Shown here: positions 18,217-26,274 of the stretch, piece by piece
Layout of the letters: each line of letters starts with the position of its first letter
Position numbering within the stretch: position 1 is the first letter of the stretch
Translations under genes and position numbers: made by a program
Sequence record: OZ346212.1
DNA: 64,000 nt
Source of the DNA: a phage
Direction: 5' to 3' (one strand)
The notes under the pieces: generated by a model
The model's database searches: none
What the model was told of the DNA's origin: nothing
The model's input: the letters and a program-made list of their open reading frames with translations, nothing else

Positions 18217-18479
18217 TATTGTTCCTCCACCATAACTTCGCCAATAATTTCTATGCAGGCATCCATTTCTGTAACAACCAAACTGTGAGGTAGTTCTACA
18301 AACACCTTTCTGAACAGGTCAAATACCCCAACATATATGTTTGCAGGATGTGATTTTACAACAAGTGCTGTATTCACATCCCCAAGTTCATCAACAAACA
18401 TCACCACAGTGCCTGGAGCTACTGAGGACAGATACTTCTTAGTTTTACGGTTTGATGCAAATTTTAACTCTGTTGCCAT
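18216..18479 (-). CDS. small protein, member 1 of tandem paralog array (87 aa)
   Basis: SD GAGGAGG; PGTVVMFVDELGD...VTEMDACIEIIGE. Confidence 0.65.
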   Translation of the reverse strand: MATELKFASNRKTKKYLSSVAPGTVVMFVDELGDVNTALVVKSHPANIYVGVFDLFRKVFVELPHSLVVTEMDACIEIIGEVMVEEQ

Positions 18480-18494
18480 AAATAACCTCCTCTC

Positions 18495-19955
18495 TTACTT
18501 AGCGTACTCGATTAATTCCACAGTTTTACCAAAGCTCGGGATATAATTTTTATTATACCCCTCAGTGAGGACCCATAGAGTATCGTACTTTTTCCACTTG
18601 TTGTCAACAACCTTTTGTTCAAAGTTATGCTCAAAGTATAGGTCGGTCAGGACGATGACATCTTTTGCATTAGGTATGTTGGCATCCAGATACTCGAACA
18701 CGCAAGCAGCTGTTGTGCCCCATGTTGAGTGGACCTCATAGTTGATCATCTCGTCTATGTTGCCGCGAGTGTATACTTTAACCTCTCCAACCTCAGTTGA
18801 CCAACAGAACATTGTAACCTTAAACTCTTTATACAGATTGCACAATCCGGTGATTTCATTGAACATTTTCTTTAAAGTTCTTTGAGAGATCGAGCCAGAA
18901 ACGTCTAAAGCCACCACAATATCTATAGTGTTTTCCGGATTACGACCAGGAACAATAACGTGCTGGTTCTTGTTTATAGCCCCAACTTTTCGCATTGTGC
19001 TGGTCAAAGACCCAGATCGGCGACCAGGTTTTCTGTAGGTCAGTTCGGCCTTTCTTTTAGACAACATACGTTGCTTAATGATGTCTATATAGTTGATTAC
19101 AGGCTTACCTCTGTTCTTGACAAACTCACGCACCGCCTCAGGGCAACGGCCTCCGGACGCTTGCATTGCTGCCTCCAGCATATCACCAGAGTCCTGCATG
19201 GCCTGATCTTTATCAGATTGGCTGATTACAGGTTGTGGCTGATCATACCCCATAGCCTTTCCAAGATTATCACTGGTGCCACCGTTCCCACTCATGTGAT
19301 CATCGGTTTGTCGCTTATCACTTTGAGAGTTCTCACCTTTACCGTTCTTACTTTTACCGTTATTCTGATCTCTTTGCTTATCAAGAACTGCATAAACGTT
19401 CTCAGCAATCCATCCATGAAACTTCATGTCGCAGTAGCAGCTGGCTAAGAAGCCAAAAGGCTTACCTTTCATGAACGTAGTGCTTTTCCCCTTCGGGAAG
19501 AAAACACAAGGGGGTTTGCTAAAGTCAACCACAAGGCCTGTGTTGATAACGTGATCACAAGCAATATTGAACAGTTCCGGCTCAAAGCTTTTACCACGGA
19601 CTAGGTGATCACAGATAATATGCCCCACCTCATGTGACAGAAGGAAGGCCACCTCTTTCACAGATTTTGGGGAATAGAAAACTTCAGCCATCTCAAACTG
19701 CTCGTCAGTTAGAGAAGCCTTAAGAATAGCCTTGCGCTCATCAGCCAATCCCATAATGAACTCAGGACTGTAATAGATGCGTTTATGGTCGGTTGCCATG
19801 GTGGAGCACCATGTGTGGTTTTCTACGAACTGCAACCCTGACAGTAGTGTGCCATAAAACGGCAGCTTTTCAAGGAGATACATACGTGCAGCCTGCAACA
19901 TTCTCAGGGCATCATCTTTCTGCGAGGCAATGATTTCTGAACTTCTGCTATCCAT
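18495..19955 (-). CDS. metallopeptidase-like / von Willebrand factor A domain protein (about 486 aa)
   Basis: HExxH zinc-metallopeptidase-like motif (HEVGHIICDH) in N-terminal half; MIDAS-type VWA motif (VVALDVSGS) in C-terminal half; start set to ATG 19955 (SD GGAG) because ATG 19976 lies in the loop of a hairpin. Confidence 0.7.
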   Translation of the reverse strand: MDSRSSEIIASQKDDALRMLQAARMYLLEKLPFYGTLLSGLQFVENHTWCSTMATDHKRIYYSPEFIMGLADERKAILKASLTDEQFEMAEVFYSPKSVKEVAFLLSHEVGHIICDHLVRGKSFEPELFNIACDHVINTGLVVDFSKPPCVFFPKGKSTTFMKGKPFGFLASCYCDMKFHGWIAENVYAVLDKQRDQNNGKSKNGKGENSQSDKRQTDDHMSGNGGTSDNLGKAMGYDQPQPVISQSDKDQAMQDSGDMLEAAMQASGGRCPEAVREFVKNRGKPVINYIDIIKQRMLSKRKAELTYRKPGRRSGSLTSTMRKVGAINKNQHVIVPGRNPENTIDIVVALDVSGSISQRTLKKMFNEITGLCNLYKEFKVTMFCWSTEVGEVKVYTRGNIDEMINYEVHSTWGTTAACVFEYLDANIPNAKDVIVLTDLYFEHNFEQKVVDNKWKKYDTLWVLTEGYNKNYIPSFGKTVELIEYAK

Positions 19956-19968
19956 TAAAACTCCAGAA

Positions 19969-19983
19969 GGGGCCATCGGCCCC
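19969..19983 (-). terminator. hairpin between - strand genes, possible terminator/attenuator
   Basis: GGGGCC-atc-GGCCCC, followed on the - strand by U-rich ttctggagtttta. Confidence 0.35.
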
Positions 19984-19988
19984 TGTCA

Positions 19989-21029
19989 TTATTTAACGTG
20001 TTTGAAAATACCTGCCAACTCGGTCATTGTCATGCGGGTGGTCTTCATAAGATCTGTCATAGCTTTCTCCATAATTGGAGATACTACCATAAAGTTTCCT
20101 TTAGTGAAACCTTTATTCCAGTCGGTCACCAACAGGGGTTTAAGTCCAGCTCCAAGACGTTCACCAGTTAAAGCACAGCATTTGCGAATATACGAACTCT
20201 TAAATTGGCTGAACGACAGATCAACTTTCATACCTACATCGTAGAACGTTTGACAATAGAAAGTGTAAGCTTTGGCAATCTCAACATCATCAGGTAGTGC
20301 AGGAACCTCTTCTGTAAGCTCCTCTTCGACCTCCTGAGTCTCTTTTTCCTCTTCATGCACCTGTTGCGTCATTTCTTCAATCTCTTCTGTGATAGGCTCG
20401 TTTACAATGTCGGAAATGTGCTTCTTGGGTGCACGATAAGTAACTTTAGACATCGGTAGCATATCTTCCTCCTCTTCTTCGTCAAAGAGTGCTAGTTTAT
20501 CCTCTTCCGTTCCATATTGCAAGATGAAATCTTCAAAAGTATAATCACCTTTCAATTTCTCCATACGCTCTTCGCTCAGGTGGAGCATCATCTGCTGGAC
20601 AATTTTTCGATCAGTTTCGTCTTTAATCAAGACTGCAGTCTTTTTATCTACCAGACAGTCCTTTAGAGAGTTGCATCTCAATCCCACCACACAACAGTTA
20701 TCAACCGCATAAGGACCTTCATCATCTATCCGCTCCAGAGATGGGTAGAAAGGATTCCCCAGCCCGTTTTCATCTGTGTGCATGTCAAAAGGTATAAGGG
20801 TATAGTCGCATACTCCATCTCCTAAAAGTTTTTTACCAAATAGGAGGTATTCTTCCCATGACAGGTCGAACTCTATATCTCGTTTCCGTGCGTTATTCTG
20901 TTTGCGTCTATATTTTTTGAGCAAGCGCTCTAACTCTTCTGGTGTATAATATTTTTCAAGATTCATGAGTCGTCTCTCGTGCTCTGTAAGTGAAGAAATC
21001 GTATCAATTGTCTCAACAGATGTCAACAT
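19989..21029 (-). CDS. hypothetical protein with two related Cys-containing domains and an acidic linker (346 aa)
   Basis: ATG 21029 preferred over TTG 21032; internal duplication (...PSLERIDDEGPYAVDNCCVVGLRCN... and ...CCALTGERL...NFMVVSP...); internal ATG sits in a 29-bp repeat shared with 22292..22320. Confidence 0.6.
   Translation of the reverse strand: MLTSVETIDTISSLTEHERRLMNLEKYYTPEELERLLKKYRRKQNNARKRDIEFDLSWEEYLLFGKKLLGDGVCDYTLIPFDMHTDENGLGNPFYPSLERIDDEGPYAVDNCCVVGLRCNSLKDCLVDKKTAVLIKDETDRKIVQQMMLHLSEERMEKLKGDYTFEDFILQYGTEEDKLALFDEEEEEDMLPMSKVTYRAPKKHISDIVNEPITEEIEEMTQQVHEEEKETQEVEEELTEEVPALPDDVEIAKAYTFYCQTFYDVGMKVDLSFSQFKSSYIRKCCALTGERLGAGLKPLLVTDWNKGFTKGNFMVVSPIMEKAMTDLMKTTRMTMTELAGIFKHVK
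20431..20459. repeat. 29-bp sequence identical (inverted) to 22292..22320, includes an ATG
   Basis: Reverse complement of 20431..20459 = TACCGATGTCTAAAGTTACTTATCGTGCA = 22292..22320. Confidence 0.8.
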
Positions 21030-21039
21030 CAAAAACGTG

Positions 21040-21068
21040 TTGACTTTACTCTAACTCCACAATATAGT
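21040..21068 (+). promoter_or_regulatory. sigma70-like promoter (TTGACT-N17-TATAGT)
   Basis: Hexamers at 21040 and 21063 in the divergent intergenic region upstream of 21109. Confidence 0.55.
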
Positions 21069-21108
21069 GCACCCATTCGAAAGAAAACTAACATAGGAGC
21101 ACTTACTT

Positions 21109-22008
21109 ATGGCAAATCTTAACAGTTTTAGTACGCGGTGGAAACAGGACATAACAACCAATCTTTCAGCTGGGGACATCCTTTCTGCAATTTACGAGGC
21201 TTTAGATGATAAAGCTACTTCAAAAGCGGTTTGTACCAACCCATTAATTCCTATAGTGATGAAGGTTATTGAGCGTAGATTGGTATCTGGGTCTGATAAG
21301 TGGACATATTTAGATAATGAAGGACACACCTATTCCAATGGGTATGTCGATATAAAAGTAGAATACGCGGTATCATACCGCCGGAGCGGTTCTGTAACTT
21401 TCAACTTCTCTGGAGGTTTTCGATCTCTGGCTACCTCACCTTTTGTTTCCTCAGAGGAGAAGTATGAGCTGCCATTTCTTTGGATGATGGCTAACGCGAC
21501 AGGAAAAACCCCCGTTAGCATCCGAGTAAAATACAACTACAACGGATCTAGTAAGATCTATGCCGAAAGTGTCTCAGCAAGTTTTTATTTTGTGATGGGG
21601 GATGGAATCCTCAAACATATAAAGATGTGCGATATGCATGATGTTATAAATGAAGTGACTGATAAGAATGTTCTAGTGAAAGACCTCAACAATTTTTATA
21701 CACCTGGAGACTATTACGTCAGCCGTCCACTGTGCATCTTTAATGCCGCACACCCTCTAGGTGAGTATTTGATCGCCAATAGCGATATTGCCAATAACCG
21801 CTTCGAGGTAGCAAGAGTTCAGAATGAGGTATTGACATCTTGCAAGAGCGGTGATAAGTTTACCGAAGAAGAGATGGGTGTTTTAGAAATGATGGGATAT
21901 AAGTGTAGCCTTTGGGTAGATGAGGTGTTTAATGATTGCATCTATGGACAGGATATTTACCCATTAAAGAAGTATACTGATACAAGTTTAATTTATGCGA
22001 GGGTTTGA
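21109..22008 (+). CDS. hypothetical protein (299 aa)
   Basis: ORF with SD AGGAG 9 nt upstream. Confidence 0.65.
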   Translation: MANLNSFSTRWKQDITTNLSAGDILSAIYEALDDKATSKAVCTNPLIPIVMKVIERRLVSGSDKWTYLDNEGHTYSNGYVDIKVEYAVSYRRSGSVTFNFSGGFRSLATSPFVSSEEKYELPFLWMMANATGKTPVSIRVKYNYNGSSKIYAESVSASFYFVMGDGILKHIKMCDMHDVINEVTDKNVLVKDLNNFYTPGDYYVSRPLCIFNAAHPLGEYLIANSDIANNRFEVARVQNEVLTSCKSGDKFTEEEMGVLEMMGYKCSLWVDEVFNDCIYGQDIYPLKKYTDTSLIYARV

Positions 22009-22283
22009 CTATGATGAAGGCATGTGGTAATGTATATTACGTCGGTGAACATGTTCAGGCAGACAGTGTGTGGAAATCTATTAAGTCCACCACTGACGAT
22101 GCCCTTCTGAGTGGACTATGTTTCCCCAATCCGGGAGACATCCTCCCTCATCCTGGAGATTTTGTTGTCAACAAGATGGACGGTTATACCGTGTGCCTGA
22201 TGGTTGAAAAAATCTTTTTAGACACTAGACACAATCACCGTCTTGTGTTAAAATTTCAAGAATGTAAAATGACAATTGCCTAA
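22005..22283 (+). CDS. hypothetical protein (92 aa)
   Basis: ORF overlapping upstream stop (ATGA), SD GAGGG. Confidence 0.6.
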   Translation: MTMMKACGNVYYVGEHVQADSVWKSIKSTTDDALLSGLCFPNPGDILPHPGDFVVNKMDGYTVCLMVEKIFLDTRHNHRLVLKFQECKMTIA

Positions 22284-22291
22284 GGAGACCT

Positions 22292-22320
22292 TACCGATGT
22301 CTAAAGTTACTTATCGTGCA
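22292..22320. repeat. 29-bp repeat copy spanning the start codon of gene 22297..22653
   Basis: Identical to the reverse complement of 20431..20459. Confidence 0.8.
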
Positions 22321-22653
22321 GCTATTTACTGCAATGAACACCCAATCAATAATGATGGTCACTGCCTTTTTAAAGAAAATCAATTGGGCTGTATTGTCCT
22401 CCCTGATGAAGGGGAAGGTTATCTGATTGCATTGACAGGGTTTGAACCTGAGGCTCTGGAAGCCAATCTGGACTACCTGGTAGAAGAGGGTGCTGCAGAC
22501 CTGGTTGCCAATGGCCTCTCCATAAGCCTTGACGAAGTAGAGCGCTTCATGGGCAATTACCGTGTAGTGCGTGAGTTTACTATCGAGGTGGAAACTCCCG
22601 AGTGGAGTAGCCATGAAACTAATGCCGAAGAAAAAGAAGAGGAGGTAGAATAA
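22297..22653 (+). CDS. hypothetical acidic protein (118 aa)
   Basis: ATG 22297 with SD AAGGAG at 22282 preferred over track start 22276; N-terminus MSKVTYRA. Confidence 0.6.
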   Translation: MSKVTYRAAIYCNEHPINNDGHCLFKENQLGCIVLPDEGEGYLIALTGFEPEALEANLDYLVEEGAADLVANGLSISLDEVERFMGNYRVVREFTIEVETPEWSSHETNAEEKEEEVE

Positions 22654-22910
22654 TGAAAGTGCAGATCTTGACTAATGCCGAGAAGATGTTTATTGAAGAT
22701 ACACCTTTTGAAGCTGGTGAGCTACAGTTCGTTTATTTTGTTGACTTAGATAAGGTGTTTCCTGCACTGAATCTAGGTTTGGATGAAGTTCCTCATAAGG
22801 TTTTGTGCCAAGTTGTTCGTGCCTTAGCGGCAGAGGGGGAGTTCCACACCCTTCAAGATGTCCAGACCTACGGGTATCTTGAACTACAACGAGAAGAAGA
22901 GGTGGACTGA
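22653..22910 (+). CDS. hypothetical protein (85 aa)
   Basis: SD GAGGAGG upstream, start overlaps previous stop. Confidence 0.6.
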   Translation: MKVQILTNAEKMFIEDTPFEAGELQFVYFVDLDKVFPALNLGLDEVPHKVLCQVVRALAAEGEFHTLQDVQTYGYLELQREEEVD

Positions 22911-22912
22911 TA

Positions 22913-23293
22913 ATGGCTCAGTGGAAGACGACAGTTGACCTTCATGATCAGTGGTTAGGACGCATCACTGAAGACGGGAAGCTAGTGGAGTGGGACAATA
23001 AGCATGTTAGCGAGTTGGCAAGTATTGTGGCTGGCAAGTTACGCTCCAAGTTCCCTGAACAACTGGATCCTGATAGTTCAAAGTTCGATCCTGAGTTGGA
23101 GGATGTTGTATACTACTTCGATACCGTGGATGACTACGATGCGTGGTTTGCAGCACGGGAGCTTTACCCACAAGGCTCTGCTATGCGCCAGATGGAAGAA
23201 GATTATCCTCCGTGTGAGCAATTCAATAGTGCAATGACTTGCCTCTATGATTGGGCAGATAAGAACCTTGTCTGGATTCGGACTGCATTTTAG
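22913..23293 (+). CDS. hypothetical protein (126 aa)
   Basis: ORF with SD GAGGTGG upstream. Confidence 0.6.
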   Translation: MAQWKTTVDLHDQWLGRITEDGKLVEWDNKHVSELASIVAGKLRSKFPEQLDPDSSKFDPELEDVVYYFDTVDDYDAWFAARELYPQGSAMRQMEEDYPPCEQFNSAMTCLYDWADKNLVWIRTAF

Positions 23294-23337
23294 TGGGCAG
23301 GAATGGCGGCAAGGATGCCGCTTAAGGAGTAGTAGAG

Positions 23338-23607
23338 ATGTTATACCAGCAATATGAACTTCGTGCAGAAAAAGAGTTAAATTTTGACAAAGATATTCAC
23401 AGATATTATTATGGGAAAGTTAGAGGGCAAGCAAGAAAGTGTACTCCAACACTCTTTTATGCCAGCAGACGACTAGCGCCAGAAGAGGCAACAGCAGAAA
23501 GGGTTGCGTACAACTGGAGAGTCACGTATGATATTGACAGATTCGATGTGATATCTGTTTTGGAAAACTTTGAAAACACTTACACACAAGTAGAGGACTT
23601 TTACTAA
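23338..23607 (+). CDS. hypothetical protein (89 aa)
   Basis: ORF with SD AAGGAG upstream. Confidence 0.6.
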   Translation: MLYQQYELRAEKELNFDKDIHRYYYGKVRGQARKCTPTLFYASRRLAPEEATAERVAYNWRVTYDIDRFDVISVLENFENTYTQVEDFY

Positions 23608-24791
23608 TGTCAAGAAACGTATTCGAAAGTGGTCAAATCACTGTCCGTGAGTTGCCAGCTATTATTCAGTTTGCCCAACGTCATAGCCGATCTGTCCTAA
23701 TTTTGGGACCAATGGGTGTGGGTAAAAGCCAGGTGATGAAGCAGATCGCTGATAATATGTTCGGTGAGCGAGATGACAACCTTGTTGACGTGCGACTGTC
23801 AGATAAAGATCCTGCCGACTTATCTGGGCTACCTATCCCTGTAGAAGCGGATGGAACTACACGTACAGTGTTTGCAATTCCAGAATTTTGGCCTGCGGAT
23901 CCTGACTGGAGCGGAATTATCTTTCTGGATGAGCTCACTCATGCAGATAACTACCTGCAAAAGGTTGCAATGCAAATTATGCTTGACCACAAGTGCGGCA
24001 CCTATGCATTCCCTAAGGGTTCTGTTTTTGTGGCTGCGGGTAACCGTTCTACAGATGGTGCGGTTCTTTCGGCGCTCGAAGCCCCTCTGGCTAACCGTTT
24101 TATCATTGTAGAGGTTACAAGCAATGCAGAGGTGTTTATTGAGGACTACGCATTCCTCAACGGGGTTCACTCCTCTGTAATTGGGTATCTGAAAAGAGTT
24201 CCATCAGCTATTGATAATTATGAGGCTATGGCTGAGATTAATTGTCCATCTTTTGCCACACCACGATCTTGGGTTGCTGCATCTGACATCTTGCACGATT
24301 TTGACAGCGGTATTATTTCTGACGCTATGGCCCGTGTTCTTCTGCAAGGTGCTATTGGTCACACTGCAGCGGTAGAGATCTGGACATACCACACCAAGAA
24401 ACGCAATTTACCGGAAATCGGTCGGATTATGGCAGGTGGCTGCAAAGAATACGTAGGCCCTAAGCAGCCAGACATTTTGTGGATTCTTGGATCTGAAGGT
24501 TGTATCGCTATTCGTAATATGATGGAAAATGCAAGTATCTCAGACGAAGATCTTGTCAGCTGTGTGGCAAACTTCCTCGATTTCCTTTGGGAAAACTTCA
24601 AGGACGAGAACCGAGATTTTGTATTCTCAGTCTTTATGGCGATGATGAAACCTAATGCCTTAGGAAATGCCTTGCTTATCGGTAAAGGGCGTGACAAGAT
24701 TGTTGCTCAGCTGATCAAAGCATACCCAAACCTGATGAAGATTGTAAAAGAGTTTGGTGAAGAGTTTAGCGCCATTTTGGCTAAAGCTTAA
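23607..24791 (+). CDS. MoxR-like AAA+ ATPase (394 aa)
   Basis: Walker A GPMGVGKS and Walker B IIFLDELTHA; size and layout typical of MoxR/AAA_5 ATPases. Confidence 0.75.
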   Translation: MSRNVFESGQITVRELPAIIQFAQRHSRSVLILGPMGVGKSQVMKQIADNMFGERDDNLVDVRLSDKDPADLSGLPIPVEADGTTRTVFAIPEFWPADPDWSGIIFLDELTHADNYLQKVAMQIMLDHKCGTYAFPKGSVFVAAGNRSTDGAVLSALEAPLANRFIIVEVTSNAEVFIEDYAFLNGVHSSVIGYLKRVPSAIDNYEAMAEINCPSFATPRSWVAASDILHDFDSGIISDAMARVLLQGAIGHTAAVEIWTYHTKKRNLPEIGRIMAGGCKEYVGPKQPDILWILGSEGCIAIRNMMENASISDEDLVSCVANFLDFLWENFKDENRDFVFSVFMAMMKPNALGNALLIGKGRDKIVAQLIKAYPNLMKIVKEFGEEFSAILAKA

Positions 24792-24801
24792 GGGGGGTTG
24801 T

Positions 24802-25182
24802 ATGGCTAAAGTAGGTAAGCGGGGAAACTACCTGGTGGTATTGACCGAGGAGCCGGAGAAGGAGTACGAATGCAGCTCCACTTGCGTGATCGATATCCGA
24901 GAAAAAGATGTAGATGAAATCTGGTTTAAAATATTGGACGCTTGCGATAGCAGTGATTATTTCTTCATTTATGTCAACGATAAGGCTGGATTCTTCCATG
25001 ACGACGGAGAGTTGCCGTATGAAATCTATGAACTTGTAGAGGCTTGCCATCGTGGAGATGCGGAGTTGTTTGGCCTACGGCTGAAAAGCGGTAAATTCTT
25101 CTATCAAGATGAGTGCATGAATCTTCATAACTTTGTAGAGGGAACTTGCAACGATGGAGAGATTTTGGCACACTACGATTAA
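24802..25182 (+). CDS. hypothetical protein (126 aa)
   Basis: ATG 24802 with SD GGGGGG preferred over track start 24754, which overlaps the upstream gene. Confidence 0.6.
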   Translation: MAKVGKRGNYLVVLTEEPEKEYECSSTCVIDIREKDVDEIWFKILDACDSSDYFFIYVNDKAGFFHDDGELPYEIYELVEACHRGDAELFGLRLKSGKFFYQDECMNLHNFVEGTCNDGEILAHYD

Positions 25183-25194
25183 TTTCTAAGACCT

Positions 25195-25222
25195 CCCCCG
25201 CTTCGGCGGGGATTTTCTATTT
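25195..25222 (+). terminator. rho-independent terminator
   Basis: CCCCGC-ttcg-GCGGGG followed by ATTTTCTATTT. Confidence 0.65.
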
Positions 25223-25231
25223 GGAGTCATT

Positions 25232-25732
25232 GTGAAAATTAAGATCTTTGCTATTATTTTGAGCGCACTTTTATCGCTGCCTGTTGTTGCAGCACCAAAA
25301 CAAAAAGTATATCATACTTGCAAGCCCTCAGATACTAAGGAAAACATTCTGGCATGCAATATCTACAGGGAGGCTAGAGGGGATGGCACGATGGGTATGC
25401 TGGCATCAGGGTTTGCCACACTAAACAGGAAATCTCACCCCAAATACCCAGACACTATAAGAAAGATTGTCTACCAACCTAACCAGTTTTCGTGGACAAA
25501 CCACGGCAAAACTTTTAAGGTGACAGAAAAAGATTCATGGGATCACGCTAAAAGTCTTGCAAAGATGCTTCTAAAGGTCTATAATAACAACCATGTTGCA
25601 TACATGGCTATGGACATAACAGGTGGAGCAACACACTACCATACAACCAAAGTACGACCGAAATGGGCAAAAAAGATGCAGAGGACAGCTCAATTCGGGA
25701 GTCATATCTACTACAAGGAGCGCAATAAATGA
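25232..25732 (+). CDS. secreted SleB-like cell wall hydrolase (166 aa, GTG start)
   Basis: N-terminal signal-peptide-like segment (KIFAIILSALLSLPVVAAP); core NIYREARGDG...LNR...YPDTIRKIVYQPNQFSW matches the SleB-type lytic hydrolase pattern. Confidence 0.7.
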   Translation: MKIKIFAIILSALLSLPVVAAPKQKVYHTCKPSDTKENILACNIYREARGDGTMGMLASGFATLNRKSHPKYPDTIRKIVYQPNQFSWTNHGKTFKVTEKDSWDHAKSLAKMLLKVYNNNHVAYMAMDITGGATHYHTTKVRPKWAKKMQRTAQFGSHIYYKERNK

Positions 25733-26274
25733 TTGTAAACAGTAATGAAACTAAAGCAGTACTAACCGGAAATATGGAGGTCACCAGGGGCTCAATTTCT
25801 CTGAACAAAGAGACTTTTGGGCTAATCATTAAAGGGATTTACGAAGATAAGGTGCTGGCAAGCTGCCGTGAACCAATCTTCAATGCTGTGGACTCCCATG
25901 TTGAGTCTGGACGGGGTGATGTACCGATCATCATTCACTCTCCTACAGACCTTGAACCATACTTCTTTGTGCAGGACGTTGGATTGGGCATGTCGGAAGA
26001 GATGGTCCGCAACACTTTCATGAACCTCGGGGAGTCAACCAAGCGCAACAGCAACGCTCTGGTAGGTAATAAAGGTGTAGGTTCAAAGGCCCCGTTCAGC
26101 ATGGTGGACACTTTCGATGTGATCAGTGTGCCATACCAACACAACAGTGCTAAGTGCCGTGCATGCCGCTACGAAATAGTAGCAGCACCGGAATCACGCA
26201 AAGATGGCGATCCGATTGAATACGTAGTTGACCGTGATGGTAACATCATCGACATTATCTACGAGGAGGCGTAA
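25729..26274 (+). CDS. small GHKL-fold (HATPase_c-like) ATP-binding protein (181 aa)
   Basis: Bergerat-fold motifs in canonical order: N-box EPIFNAVDSH, G1 VQDVGLGM, G2 GNKGVGSKA; SD AAGGAG. Confidence 0.55.
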   Translation: MIVNSNETKAVLTGNMEVTRGSISLNKETFGLIIKGIYEDKVLASCREPIFNAVDSHVESGRGDVPIIIHSPTDLEPYFFVQDVGLGMSEEMVRNTFMNLGESTKRNSNALVGNKGVGSKAPFSMVDTFDVISVPYQHNSAKCRACRYEIVAAPESRKDGDPIEYVVDRDGNIIDIIYEEA

